64,000 nucleotides of DNA from Raillietiella orientalis (GCA_036172245.1 JAYWIR010000024.1:2666001-2730000); one strand, 5' to 3'; numbered from the stretch's first letter, positions 49,992 through 63,382 are shown. A program made the numbers and translations. Notes: generated from the letters alone by a model not told the origin.

Positions 49992-50890
49992 TACGAGGCC
50001 CATTTCAAAAGTAGGGGCGAATCGGATATAAAAAAGGGACAAATAAGAGGGACAAAAATGTATTGGTGGCTCGTACGTCCCCATGTCGTTTTTCTGCGTA
50101 GGAACTATTTTTTTCCTCCAAGAACTTTGGATACCGTGGAACGAGCTTTTTCAAACGCTGTGCATCGAATTCCGCTGTCTGGGGGTTCGGCCAATTCAGC
50201 ACTGCAGTTTTCCACTCCCTCTCACTTTCCTCGAACCGCTGAGCCACTTCTTGAGGCGCAGGAAGACGTGGTGGCCACTGGGAGCGAGGTCAGGACTGCT
50301 GGCCAAAAGGTTCCTATTTGAGCTTCTGAATTGTCTGGACAGCAGCAGTGTGTGGCCGCGCGTTGTTGTGAAGGAGAAGAAAATTTCTGGTCTCAGCCTT
50401 CCACGCCGTCGGTTCTGCTGAATGGCGAGCCGCAGTTTGGAAAGTGTTCCTACACAACGGACGAAGAGAAGTGATGGTGGCTCCCCACGCTCCATTAGGT
50501 CCACCCTTTTGGTCCCACACACTGCCGTGTCCGCACATTCCAGACGATGCAGAAATTCAAATGGGAACTTTCTGATCACCCAGTCCTGACCTCGCGCCCA
50601 GTGGCCACCACGTCTTCCTTCCTGCATCTCAAGAAGTGGCTCAGCGGTTCGAGGAAAGTGAGAGGGAGTGGAAAACTGCAGTGCTGCTGAACTGTCTGAA
50701 CTCCCAAAAGGCGGGATTTTATGCAGGGGGCTTCAAAAATCTTGTTCCAAGGTATCAAAAACGTTTGAAAAAAAAAGGTGGCTACGTAGAAAAATGACAT
50801 GGAGATGTACCACCACTAATACATTTTTGTTTCTCTTATTTGTTCTTTCTTTATATCCGATCAGCTCGTACTTTTGAAATGCTCCTCGTA
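49992..50890. mobile_element. palindromic mariner derivative (two inverted transposase 3' ends)
   Basis: Both ends TA+CGAGG..catttcaaaagta; HNNARPHTA, SPDLAPS..H.FL.LKKWL and G..KLV.RY..YxEK present in opposite orientations. Confidence 0.9.
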
Positions 50891-51699
50891 CGTCAGTACT
50901 GAAGAAACTGCCATTTCTAAGGATGGCGAATCACTAGATGAAAATGCTTTAAAAGACTGAATGATTTTGCAAAGAAAAGCATACAAAATGCAAGCTGGAG
51001 ACGGAGGCCCTGGAGTCATATTCATGATCTGAAGTGAGTCTGGTTGAGTCACAGCATCGTAATTCGGGAGAGATCATTGGGAATTCACCGTCAGTGGGAC
51101 GCAAGATGACAAGGTGTTCGAAAATAATTTGCACTCGTCACGAGGGGTGCTCCTTGCTACGTTGCTCTGGAAACACAGTGACTCCTACCTGACCTTTCAT
51201 GTGAGCACAATGAAGAGATAACAGTATTTAGAGTAAAGATAACTGATTTGTTCATCATCATTTGTAAGGATACGGAGCCAGTTTCTTGGTCAGAAATTTA
51301 TATATATATATATATATTTGCAAAATAGAAACAACTATAGACTTACAGGCTGGACGCTTAGAGAACAAGAATTGTTAAAGAGTAATCGCTTAATTTTAGA
51401 TGAGATCGAAAAAGCCAAGATCAAAAGACCGTAGGGAAGATAAGAAGCACTTGCAAAAAGGCAGGAAAACTTTGCTTTAAAAGATGTGAAGAGGAATCAT
51501 CTGCAGCAGCAGTAGGTCGGGGATTTCCAGAAGGACTTGGAAACACCTACGTTGCCAAAGTCGTGAATGCATTTGCGGAAATTGAATACATTTGGAACAC
51601 AAAAGTAGGTGGCTGGAGAAACGTGGATCAGATCGCATCGTTGGACAAGCGATCCTTTTGTCCATCATGATGAAACTGGGAACGTGAGACCTGGGAGGG

Positions 51700-52450
51700 T
51701 AAGAGCAAACGGAACTTCCACCAGCTGCGTGAAGATCGTAGAAATCCGGGAGGAAGTCTTCAGGTGCATCTGCACATTGGTGATTAGCATTTTCTTGTTT
51801 CCAGCGTGGATGGTCGAATTACTGTGGATGGTCGAATGTTGACCAGCCTGAAGAAAGTGGTTCACTTCGATTCGGTTGCGGAGAAAAAGCTAAATCGAAA
51901 TATTTGGAGAGAAGGGGAGGAACGAGGGGAATTTCCCATGTCCTCAACATCCTCGAAAGTTTTTCCAGGTCAATTCCTGTCTCAAATTTATCTTCCTGTG
52001 TGCAGAATGCGCTACATCGAGCATCCTCCTCGCAACCTAGGAAACGGAGGCACGGACGGGGTGCGAGAATGAGTCGCGGAAATTCAGGACTGCTGGAGGC
52101 TGCAGATCTATTTACCTCGGAGGGAAAAACCAACGGTTTCGGTTCTCAGCACTGAAGCGAAATTTTCTAGGGAGGGAAATGCTTTAAAAAGCAAACAGCG
52201 GGAAGAAAATTCCCTGAAAGCATCGTTCACAGCGTCAGGAAGACGAGGAATCGATTTTCGAAACTGGAAGAGGGACGAAAGTGCGTTGCCAGCCGGAAAG
52301 AACACGAATAGGCACATTGCTAAGATTCTTCTCAGGTCCGATGATGCAACATCTGCATGTGTGCCGAATAGAAAGAGGCAAAGACCTGATAAATCTTCCA
52401 TCTTTCGATGAAATGAGATCATCGGATCATCCAGCGTAGGACTACAGCTC
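51700..52450 (-). pseudogene. caspase domain relic
   Basis: GLCLFLF..SSDLRRI (ORF 52108..52476); ttcctaggttgcgagga = FLGC(R)G with a 1-nt loss; FDLAFSPQP (p10-like). Confidence 0.5.
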
Positions 52451-53229
52451 CAGTCAGCCTGCTTATTCACAAACAAGCGTGAAGAATATATCTACATCCA
52501 TCTATATCTGTGCATCTATCTACATCTGTCCACGTTTACATTTACATCCACATTTCCGTCTGGGTCCGCATCCACAATCTACATCTACATTTATCTCTCC
52601 GCTTCCCTAAATAGAGAAAGAGAGAGAGAGACAAAGGGAGAGGAGGAAGGGGGATGTCCGTGGTTACCATTCCCCTCTTGGTAAAGAAATCGAGTTGGAG
52701 GTGCATTTCTTGCAAGGCAAATGAGCAAAAAAATTATCTTGGCAACTCATCCGATGAATAGCAGCAGTCTCCGGGAACAAACTCTGCTCTTGCATTTTGT
52801 GCGCAGAACACCGTGTGCGGCAGAGGAGCTGGTCGGCTTTCGAAAACTTCGGGAACATTGAGGGAGATGAGGCTCTCGGGAGAGTATGGAAGTTTCACGA
52901 AAGCTCGAGCGCTCATCCGGAAGGACGGGATGCTTTCACCCGAGCAGACAGAGGAAGCGGATTAAAAAAATACGAGCTGCGGTAGCGGCGAGGGCAGTCG
53001 GCCACTTTTCCCCCCGAACCCGCGCGATCGCAGCTTCGTGACGACGAGTTCGGCACAAGTCGGTGCGAGTGAGCAGCACTCCGCTCTGGCAGCTCCATGG
53101 AAACGGGCTCGTCCGACTTCATCCCCTCCCGATCGAGGAACCGAGTTCCTTCCCCCCCCCCCTTTCTTCCTTACTCCATCAGGAAGCGCAATTGGAAGGA
53201 TTCGGTGATGAAACGACTGAGTCGGCCAT

Positions 53230-53720
53230 CAAGCTGGGAAGGGCAGCGCGAAACGCGGCCTCATCGGAAATCGTAAGTTTGGATGCGGCAGAAGAGAGAT
53301 ACAAAAAGAGGATTTCTCGCATGAATGTCTCTCCGCCTTGCTTTTAACGCGATTTTCCTTAACGAATCGGAGAATGGTCGCGGATTCGTATGGGACTCCC
53401 GTGATGACGTCATTCAATATTTCCACTCATTGAAAGTCGTTTCTCCCTGCATCGCTGTGCAAAGAGGATTGCGAAGAAGGAAGAAAGAAAAACGCAACAT
53501 AGAAGGGAATCTGGGTAATGGAAGAATCCTTCGTGGAAAGTGGTTTCCATCACATGCATGGGGATGCCAGTATCTTGTCTCGGGACGAACAGGGAAACCT
53601 CGGCGCGAAGTTTCTCCTGATCTTTCAGGAATTATCGGTCCTGGGGAGAGAAAAACAAAAGAGAAGCACCGAAGAGATCTCTAGACTCATCCTTAATCTT
53701 TGGCCACCAATCGCTCAAGA
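53230..53720 (-). pseudogene. caspase domain relic
   Basis: SLLFFSPQD then FFAILFAQRCRE (~53443-53478; like IFFIQACRG). Confidence 0.45.
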
Positions 53721-54249
53721 GAAAAATTTTCCTTCGTGAGACCGATGATCAATTTGCATCCTCCGCAAATTAAATCCGATCGACATCGGCAGCAAAAGCG
53801 CACCACCGACCTGTCCGCGACCTGCCGAATCGGCCAGGAGTCATCATGTCATGTACTCTGCAGCCTGTGTTGGGGGGGAGTGGGGGGAGAGAGACAGAAG
53901 ACGGAAGCAGATGGGACTGAGGTTCGATGGAGCGGCAGCTGCGAGACAAGCGCCGTGGGGGAAGGTGCGGTCAGAAGTTGCTGGGAAGCGATGGAAGGAT
54001 CAATGAAGGAAAAAAAAAAAAAAGGACTTGACACAATGGCCGCGAGTACGACGATGACTTGGCACGGAGACACCGGACGCGAAACTCCTCTAAAGAGCAA
54101 ATGCCGCTCCTGTTTCTTGAAGCTGTTGGCGGGCGGAAACACTCCTTGGGGAACAGCACTTTTGCGCGTGAGATCCAACACACCTCACCCACCTGTTGCA
54201 CTTGTCCTGACTTTCCAGTTCAATCATCCCTGTGTGTAAACAGAAAGGA

Positions 54250-55560
54250 GTCCGCAGTCGCCCCGATAGAGGAGGCTGGATTGGATCCGTCTTGGTATTC
54301 CTGTGTACAGCAATTTCAAGCACTTTGGTTCTCTAAGGGCAGTTTGTGCCCCCTCGCCCCAAAAGAGGACTGCCTTCACAAGGAGGAAGAAACGATGGAC
54401 TTCTCTCCGGATGGAGGAGGCAAGGCTCGTCCATCCGAAGAGCCTTCTTGCCATGTTGCTCCTCCTCTCGGAACCCTTCTGTCCGCATCTCTTTTCGCCT
54501 CCAGCCTTCTGAGGCCCTTGCCAAGTGAAAAAAGGCGGAAGGCTGACGACCTCCTGAGATAAGATCTGTGCGAGACGACTCAAGACAGAAGGTCCAGTCT
54601 TCAAGAGTGACTTACCACCAGACACTCAGAACTACCTTCTCCTATTTTACCATGGAGGCATCCTGAGTGGGAGCAGAACAAACATCGAAGACGAGCTCTG
54701 CAAGGCTTGTGGCAGCAGGGAAACCCATCTCGATGTCCTGATCTGCCCGACGCTGCTCCAGGACTGGAGCACGCTGAAGGGGGTGATCGGCCTGCAGAGG
54801 ACCACAAGAGTGCAGATTTTAGAGGGAACGTTAGACGGGAACGCAAATGTTCCGCGGTGAAATCCCGTGGTTCGGACCACAATCTCCATCCTCATAATGA
54901 GTGTCATGATAAGAAGGGCAAAGATGAGGAATACCGGGACTACAGCTCCCGCCATCAACATAGTAAAGGACTGATAAGACGAGATATAGGGATCAGGAAC
55001 TGCGGTAGGATACCCGCCTGGACGTACTGCTACACCTTGCAAAAGATAATGGACGTGACCCAAGCGAGTAAACTGCCCTCCAGTCCTTAGTGACCCTATC
55101 CAAAGGAAAAAATCCCGATGGTGACATCCAAAAGGACATTATGTGTAAAAATAGCGAACTGTGAGAATCCACAGATAGAATGTGACCAAATGAGTACGAA
55201 TTGTTGACACGACAGAAGGTTCGACTGGAGGGCACTGTGAGGGACCATGCAGAGATGACCGACCGTCTAGGCGTCGTGACGATTAAGGCTGCATCTCTCC
55301 AGAAGATTGGTGGCCGAAAATCGCAGGCAATTGGCTGAGGAAGATTGCCCTCTCTGCTACTCCTCCGACATTGCAGAAGCGACTCCACGAAGGCCTCTGC
55401 GTTGAAGCACCAGGATTCCTTCTGGAAGTACCCCAAGGGGTCTCCTATGTTCCCATCAACTGTAAAGCATTGTGGCAGGAGTCAGAGGAGGTCAGGACGC
55501 GTCTCGCGAGAACCAGCCCAAAGTCGCTCTCTTCCGTCCGCACATCCGAAGATTCTCTAC
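54250..55560 (+). mobile_element. non-LTR reverse transcriptase relic
   Basis: ILIMSVMIRRAK..AINIVKD (LDxxKAFD region), DRLGVVTIKAASLQ (post-YADD region), SFWKYP (FKYLG-like) in order. Confidence 0.45.
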
Positions 55561-55639
55561 GGAGGAGTCGTGTAGGGAGCCAAAGAAATGATCCCAATCC
55601 TCCTCCGCTCCCTGAAATCCTGCCTTCCCCCATACTTTG

Positions 55640-56150
55640 CTTTCAAAGTTTGGGATGACATGTTACAAGGATTTCTCCTGCATCGATGTCGTCATCCGCC
55701 GCCGGAGAAACCTTTGGGAGTAGCGGCGACTCATCGCGGCGCAGGCGGATTCCGACAGTCTTCGAACCCACTTCGTTGTTGCTCCTGCTGGATTCTCCGC
55801 TCGCTGCGATGGGTATGCCGCTGCGCAGGGCAGCGTTATCGGGGGTATTGGACCTGCATTCTCCGGGCTGCTCCTTCCGCCTCATGCCGGTGTCTTCACT
55901 TGCCACACCACTTACGCTGCTTTCCAAGACGTCATCATTCAGTGTAGGAGCTGTGGGAGGAGAGAGGGGAGAACTCTTGCTCACTTCCTACAAACGTCCA
56001 AGAATCGAGTTCAGGATTCTGCTTGGACTCCTTCAACTGGATGCAGCCATTTCGACTGTGATTTTGATGTGTGCAGTGCATGCAGCGTCAAGCGGCCCTT
56101 GGCTTAGCAGTAATTATCAAAATCGCTTTCATTTGATTCCACTTGCCTGT
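55640..56150 (-). pseudogene. possible ankyrin-repeat relic
   Basis: KGRLTLHA and SNTPDNAALRSG remnants. Confidence 0.3.
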
Positions 56151-56969
56151 GACACCTTGGAATACGCCAGCGGGTTTGTTTCTGAACACTGCCCTGAGGG
56201 TGTTGTAGCTGCATATTTTGTCTCTTGAAAAATTAGGCGCCATTTTCAATCAGGTGTCTCCTTATCTACTGGAACACACACACCACGGAAATTCGTCCAC
56301 CATCCAGAGTCTGACCATCTCGTCATGACTGAAAGTGACCATAAGGCGTACACTGAAAAAATGCGGAAACAGATAACAGCAGCGGAAACTTCAGATGGCG
56401 GAAGAAAGAGGAGAGAAAGGGAAGAGCCAGCGAGAAAGGCGAAGCATGAAAAAAGGAAAACAAAAAATTCCCTGCAGGCAAACAGGAGAGCAACTCGTTT
56501 GATTCCTTTCAGAAACACTCCTTGCTTGACGGAAGCACGGACGGCAGGAAGCGTAGGATGAAAGCGGTTGCTATGAGATTCAGATCTACCTCTTCCATCT
56601 TCATCTTCGCCCAGACATGAAAACCTCCAGCTTCCTATCGCAAGCAGTCAGATGGCGCAATCAAGGGTGTAGGATCCTTGGAGATGCAGAAGTTGATCTT
56701 CTAAAGAAGCTGGACACGATGAATGCAACCGTTCTGGGGTGTTGGAGAGAGGAAGAGCGCGAAGGTGAAAGCGAGGCAGGGCACAGAGGAGCGGATCCCG
56801 CTCTGGTGCGCTTGTCAGGCAGCGCCCACGTGCAGGGAATCCGGAAGTCTTGAAACTCAAATGAAATTCTTCTAAGTCATGGAAATCGCGAGTATCTGGA
56901 AAGATGCCTGTCTTGGTTAATCTCCCAGGACTTCATCTACGCTAACATGGAATTTTTTTCCCTTCCAGA

Positions 56970-57960
56970 TTACTTGGCTACACTGAACAAAATTTTCCTC
57001 CGCGTTCCAGACCTATTCCTCTCCTCCTCACTCTGAACCAGGCAACCCAAACTTTGAAGAAGATTTGCTGACTGTGCCCTCGAAACCTCGTGGGGACGGA
57101 TGCCATCTAGAATCAAACGGGGAAGCGTACGTCCGATGGCACAGACGGCGCTCAGTTCCCTCGCGAGACTTCCATCTCCTGAATGTGTCACCCCAACGGA
57201 GAAGAGCTTTTCTGCATGAAGACCCGTTCCTGACTTGACGTGCTGCCATTCCTGATTCGCTAGGTTCTGAAAGGTCATTTTCTAGAAGTCCTTAGACGAA
57301 TTCCTCTCGTGCGATAAGAATGCTTCAAAGACTCTTCTGCCTACGCTTCAAGGATAGAGACAGGGAATGTGCATTCTCTGGAATTCGAGCAACGAAAAGG
57401 CAGCTGAATCACGTCTGAGAATCCGGCTCGAGGCAGGCTGCTGGTCCCAAGTAACTGAGGCGGACCGTTTCCCAGCATCTTATTCCTCCCTTCAATGAAA
57501 TGGCGGCTTGAAACTTTTGGGGTGAAGTTATGGAGGGAGGGATCATCTGCCGTGTCCTGGGAAAGACGAGTTCTGCCATCCTATATGTTTTCAAATATCT
57601 GGAGCATGTCCTTCAGGGAAGTCGAGCCGTCCACGGGAGGGAATCCCTTGAGCCTTGTGCGCAGCTCCCAGACCGCATCACCAAGGAGCAAGTGATTTCC
57701 CCACAAGACGATTGCGCAAAAGTGACCTTTTTCGTCGAATTCTCAGGAGTCTCCTGAATCTTACGTTCCAAAGAGATCATCACTTGAAACAGCTGGCTCG
57801 TCTGTGAGTGCTCAGGTGTGGACCACTTTAGACTTCCTGCGAGCTTTTGGGCTTCCCTCTTGAATGCGTTACCGTCATCTGGAAGGCCCAAGTTTTTCAG
57901 GGAGCCTACCAAGTACATGAACGCTGCGACGAGAGAAGCGCCATTCGTGCTCGGCTCAAA
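56970..57960 (-). pseudogene. caspase domain relic
   Basis: GASL..LVGSLKNLGL, EHSQTSQLFQVMIS (DHSxxDCLxxxILSH-like), DGSLARELSAV (GSxFIxxLCxV), ends SGTRRKILFS (STLRKKLxF). Confidence 0.6.
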
Positions 57961-58240
57961 GGGCAGACGTTTGATTTTTTGTGAACAAAAAAAAAAATCT
58001 CGGCTTTCTCGGGCCCTTCTCCCTTCCTTGCTTCCGGGCACGAATGACCGTTCAGGCAAGTGCATCCATCCAGCCTGTCACTCCCTTTCTGCCTCTCGGG
58101 CGCCAGGTGCCTCTTGAACCGAAAATCTCCGAAGTGGTGCAAATGGCCGCATATTCGGAACCCGCAAATGAGAAAGAGTGAGAATAAGGGAAGAATGCAC
58201 CACGTGGATTTTCCATCCACTGTCATTTTAAATTTCCGAT

Positions 58241-58266
58241 GTCGTCGTCGTCGTCGTCGTCGTCGT
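58241..58266. repeat. (GTC)n microsatellite
   Basis: Directly visible. Confidence 0.9.
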
Positions 58267-58499
58267 GCGTCTGTTATCCTCAAACGTTCCCTGATCGCTC
58301 CTGTTTTTGCTTCCTGCACGCTTCTAGGAGAAGCAGGAGATGAAGGGTTTCACTTTTCAACTCTTGAATCGCAGATAATTTGTTCCCTATTCACGCTATG
58401 CTTAACGATCTTAAGGACTGGATGCGGCACGGATCTTAACAGGATGCTATACAGTTCTGATTTGCAGCCACTCACCGTTACCGGGTCCTGGAACACCCG

Positions 58500-59441
58500 T
58501 TGAAGAGTGAGCGGACAGGACTGTCAGCCTCCCTTGCCGCAGCGCTGCCCTCTCTAAGGGCAGCATCCTTGCGGATAGATGGGAGGTTAGCGTGGAAATC
58601 TTTGGAAAGAGAAAAGGACTCAGCGGCTGGACGACGGGCCAGCTTGCAGATGTTGCGACCCCCTAGTGCCCCATCTCGAGGACTTCGGCTCTGGGGCGAG
58701 CTGCTGGATGTTCCACAGGAAGATCTGCAGTGGCTCCTGGTGCTCCTGGACACTCACACCCCACCTCTAAAGGGGCAGGAGCTGGCGTAGATGCTACTGC
58801 ACTGGGGACTCCCTTGCAACGCCCGCAGGCATCACTGGACTCCAGGAGCGAGCGATCACGAACTGTGGCAGGTGCGGGGATTGTGTTGCCCTCCGACCCC
58901 TCTAAGAACTCTTTGTCGTGACCCTCGGTATCGCGAGTGGGAACCTCAGGGATGGATTGCAATCCCTCTTCATGAGCGACGCACTGCCGCCGGCAGCATC
59001 CCTAGCAGCTCCTTGCTGCCTCCGCGGGATTGCAGCGGTCTAGTGCGAACGCCAGAGGAGGGCCGAGCGACAGGGATGCCACGTCCACTTTGCCGTCCGC
59101 TTCATGGAACCAAGAGAATGGCAACAAGATGGACCCTCCTGGAAACGTCATCCAGCAAGAACTTGCCGGCATCCTCCAAAGGATGCAGAGGACTGCCCGC
59201 AGCAGACTGCAATCCCTTCCTCCACCCTTCCAAGTTCATTTATTTATTTTTCATTTTTGTTTCTGTTTCTTTTTGCTTGCTCCCTCTCCTCTGCTGCCGA
59301 GGAGAACCTCACCGATCCGCTTACCGGCAACTGGGCAGGTTCCTTTGGAAATGGACGTGGTTGGACCACCGATCCAACGGCACAGGTTGAAAAATTTCAT
59401 TTTTTTTTTTTATTAAATAAACGTCCCGGCGTATCCGGGTG
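58500..59441 (+). mobile_element. L1/Tx1-like 3' fragment
   Basis: PPLKGQELA*MLLHWGLPCN; homologous to 15230 and 44490 copies; ends aataaa + cccggcgtatccggg. Confidence 0.7.
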
Positions 59442-59469
59442 GAGAGACACTCAGCACTCCCCTCTGTCA

Positions 59470-60012
59470 GTTGCTCTGGATGTCACCACGTCCTGCATCT
59501 TTGACTCATTCTCATCCTGCAGTGTATCCAATCACTCGACCGGCCATCTGCCGGCCCGTCGCTTTGCGGTGAGGAGCTCCAACACCGATACAGTGCCTTG
59601 TGGTTGGTAAGCTTGCGATCCTTCAAGGCGGCTCCACGGCAACGGAACGATAGAGATGGGGATGCCATCCACTTCGCCGTGAGATTCATGGGGACGGCAA
59701 CGAGATGGCCCTGCCTGTACAACAACATCCAGCAAGACCGTGCCGGCATCCTTCGAAGGATGCAGAAGACCGTGCTCAGAAGAACGTGATCCCTTCCCGT
59801 ACTAACCCCATCCGCTGCCCCCCCCCCCCCCAAAAAAAATTGTTTTATGATTATTTTGTTTCTTTTTCTTTTTGTTTTGTCCCCTCCCCTCTATTGCCGT
59901 GGTGGATCTTTGACTCAGTCTTTGACTGCCAAAGGGGTCACCGGTCTGCGAACCGGTAACGCGGCAGGTTAGAACCGAAAAGGACGTGGTTGGACCGCCC
60001 GGCGCACCTGGA
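59470..60012 (+). mobile_element. L1/Tx1-like 3' fragment (shorter tandem copy)
   Basis: gatgccatccactt, cagcaaga..tgccggcatcct and ggacgtggttggacc blocks shared with the other copies. Confidence 0.65.
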
Positions 60013-60049
60013 TGACAACTCACCGCTACCAGCATGTCGCTAACGCTCC

Positions 60050-60500
60050 TGAAAACCGGTGGTTCACAACCGAAGCCATCCGGTAGGACTGAAGGTGCTC
60101 GGTTCGAAGCCCACGTTCGCCTGAAGCCGAGAAACGGGCCCGCCGCATCTCCTTCAGCGCTTCTGCAGTCCCGAACCGGTGAGCACGGTCCTCCGAGCAC
60201 TCCCGCCGTGTCACCAGCGACATGCTGGTCACTTCGTTCCTCACTGAAGGTACCAGCCCGCGAAGGAAGTCCAAACACATTGCTCGGCAGCATTCCACGA
60301 GCTCCATTCCGATGCATTTCTGATCTCGCTGCCAGTGCTCTCTTTGAACATCCAGGAAGTTCTTTCCCGAAGGTGCGCTCGAGAGGGTTGTAAAAGTAGT
60401 TCCAGTGTAGTACGCAAAGATAAGCCCGCAAGCTGGAAGAATGGACGAAGAGACTGGAGTTTACCGTTAAGCGTCAGGTCTCAGTCGACTCCTCTGTCTC
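60050..60500 (-). mobile_element. possible LTR-retrotransposon gag relic
   Basis: DFLRGLVPSVRNEV in ORF 60026..60307 resembles the gag FLxGLxPxIR motif. Confidence 0.3.
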
Positions 60501-60550
60501 CTTCGACACGCGCATTCTCTTGGCAGAGCTTAAGAATCACCGCAAGTTTT

Positions 60551-61500
60551 CACCCGGTCACGCCGGGGCGTTTATTTAATAGAAATAAACCAGTTGGAAA
60601 CTCGCTGCTTCCCGGCCGAAGGCAAACGAAGTCCAACAGAAGGGTCCACCGACACGCAGGTCGGATTTCCTAAGTGTCCGGAACGGGAGAGAGGAGACGG
60701 CACATGAAGACGGTAATACGGGAGGGATGGAACAAAGGTCTTTGGTGTCGTTCTTTCTCGATAAATGGAAAAAAATCGGGAAACGGTCGGAGCGAGAGGG
60801 AGGAAGTAGTAAAAAAAAAAACTAAGAAAATAAAGGGAGGGTGAGGACGGGGGTAACCGGTTTCATCCGGATCTTCACTTTCGCTTCCGCTTCAAGGTCG
60901 GGCAACCACCAAGCAGCCGCCTGAATGTAGACGGCTGCTTGGTGGTCCTCGCTGCATCCGGGGCTGCAGCACACGGCAGTCTATGATAGCGCACATGCAG
61001 CACACATCGTCGGGATCGCTGCGCCGGTCGAAAGTCCGCCGCATTAAGCCATACGCGGTCTCCTCCTGGTGCACGAGGGCTGCAACAGTTCGCGGAGAAC
61101 ACCGCAGACGAAAAGCAGGTGCGGGATCGACTCCGCCGAACCGCTCTTGCCGCACTTCGGGGATGCAGCTTCCCTGGAGACGTAGTGCCAGCAGTGATTC
61201 GCCAATGCAGATACAGCAACACCTCGTGCTTCCATTTGAGCGGGAGCACCGACGTGTTCCAGCAAGAGGGAGGCACCACGAGTTCATCGGGGAGGGGCGC
61301 ACTCGAAAGTTGACACCACCGACTTTGCCCCATCGCCAGAGTGCGCGGAGTGGCAGCATCCACCTACTCACACCCTTCCAGCCGCCAGCGAGGTTTTGTC
61401 CTCCCTGCAGAGGTGCAGGAAAACTCTCAACCCGCCGGTTGGCAGCTGTCTTCGCATAGCCTTAGGGCAGACAGCGCTGTGGCAAGGGGTGTGGCGGCCA
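60551..61500 (-). mobile_element. L1/Tx1-like 3' fragment (related subfamily)
   Basis: VLPLKWKHEVLLYLHW, PKCG..ESIPHLLFVC; reverse complement of the end reads aataaacgccccggcgtgaccgggtg. Confidence 0.65.
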
Positions 61501-61864
61501 GGGTCGGCTATTTTACCGCGTCCTCCATCACCGCTTCCAACGGATGGAATAACCGAAAGTCAGAAAGTTCGTCGTCGTTCTCCGTTCAGGGGGATGGTCC
61601 GTTGTTGCACGGAGCACGATGTCCTGTGTCCTTCACAGTCACAGGAAGTCTTCGCGAACAACCAGAGGAATTTTTTTTTGGCTCAATTTTTTCCTCTTTG
61701 AGCCAATACAATCCAAAAAAAAAGAAAACAATTAAATGAATTCTCCTTTTCAAGAGATTTGCATCAATCTTCAGGTGCATCTTTCAGAGTGCACGCCATC
61801 ATTCCGCCTGCACCCTTCCACGTCTGCGACTGCTGCTGTGATCAAAACACTTGAGGGATGATAC

Positions 61865-62480
61865 TCAGAGGCAGAAAGGCTTATTTCTGGAAGCTGAAAG
61901 CATGAGGATGGGCAAGATAGGAGAGAGCGGCAATTTCTGCACGTACACCACTAGAAAACGAAGGATAACATGAGCAGGGCCATGGTGACTCGTTCGGGAA
62001 TCGTAAACGGGTCGCAATGGGCACCCCGGTGTAGTTCCTGAAACAAAGAAGCAAGAGTGGTGTTGGCATGCAAGAAAAGTTGAAGGCAAAGACTTTTATG
62101 GCTCACAGCTGAGGAAATTATTCAGGAAGGCTACTCATGCTGAACTACAAAGCATTCTGGAAAGATTCTGGAAAGAAAACCACGTTGCAAGTGGAACCGG
62201 CTTCAGTTCAAGAACAGTGCAAGAAACTTTTCAGCCTCCTTATTCATCTTCTTAGTGCCCTTTACGAACGTTTCGGAAACAGTTTCTGGGCCGGAATTTC
62301 TGGGTTTTCTGGGCAAAGCAAAAGACATCACGAGACCAGGAAACCCATTTCTTCGCCTCTGACAGTTTCTGTTGGTCATTCCGTACGGTCGCATTTCCTG
62401 TTCCCATGATTCTTTCTGCGTCCTTCACGTCTTCCTCTTCAAAAAGACCAAATCTCTTTTTCCTTGCTAGGGCTTTGTTC
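61865..62480 (-). pseudogene. caspase domain relic
   Basis: EMGFLV, KFLALFLN, FFVSGTTPGCPLR (STTPG-like), ends SASRNKPFCL. Confidence 0.5.
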
Positions 62481-62519
62481 CTCTGCCTCGTGTTTCGATT
62501 TCAATAGAAACCATGAGAA

Positions 62520-62900
62520 TAGTGGGGAGCATGAAATTGTGGCATTCCGGAAGCAATAAGGAAGGGCGGTTTCGGGTCATTGAGCAAGCTGCCCCAAAGT
62601 GTCCAGCATCCAGAGGAAATCCATTGGAAAAAAAGAAATCATAAAAGCACTGCTCGACTTTCCGACTCTGAACAGGGTCCAGTCACCCTCTACAATTATT
62701 TTCATCTACGTAGATGATGTCAGGGAACAAAAGGAAATGTGAAGATTCTTGCTACAGGAACGCCGATTCGTGATCCATTCGCAGTAGATCCCAAAGGATT
62801 CTAAAGAGTTCTCAAGCATTCCCTGGTTTTCGCTTCCGGACTCTGAAGAAATGCATCTGAAGAGGAAAAACTCTCCGGTTAAACAGATAGACAAATTGGC
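62520..62900 (-). pseudogene. caspase domain relic (p20 start)
   Basis: VYLFNRRVF then SGSENQGMLENSLESFG (RxGSxxDxxxLxxxLxxLG-like). Confidence 0.4.
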
Positions 62901-63382
62901 TTTCGAGCAAGGGTATCCGGGAAGGAAGCTTGTTGATTAATTGATGCAGTTTCCATTTGTCCCAACACCAGTCCTCAGGAAGACAACAGCTGTAAATGAG
63001 TCCATGCAGTCCAAAACAAAAAAATCTATTTTCTCCTAGCTGACTTTCTTTAATCAACATCCATGGAGCGAAATTTCAAGGCGGCCTTCAGTCAGTTTTT
63101 GTTCATCTTCCAATTTTTTTTTTTTTTTTTTTCTCCTCGGTTGGCAAAGAAGAGACTTTGGATGTGTCTGAGAATGGATGGTGAGGGTCCACCCTCACCA
63201 TCCATTCTGTGAGGGTTTCTGCCGACGAAAACGAGATCAACTCTTCGGTCAGAGCTGAACCGCGAAATGGAAAAGAATAGCGGGTTTCCATTCGGGTCCT
63301 TGTGTTCATTCGTCATTGCCCAGGACACTCAGCATCACTCATAACGAGTGCCTCCTTCTTCTTGGTTGAAGGAATGGGGGAG

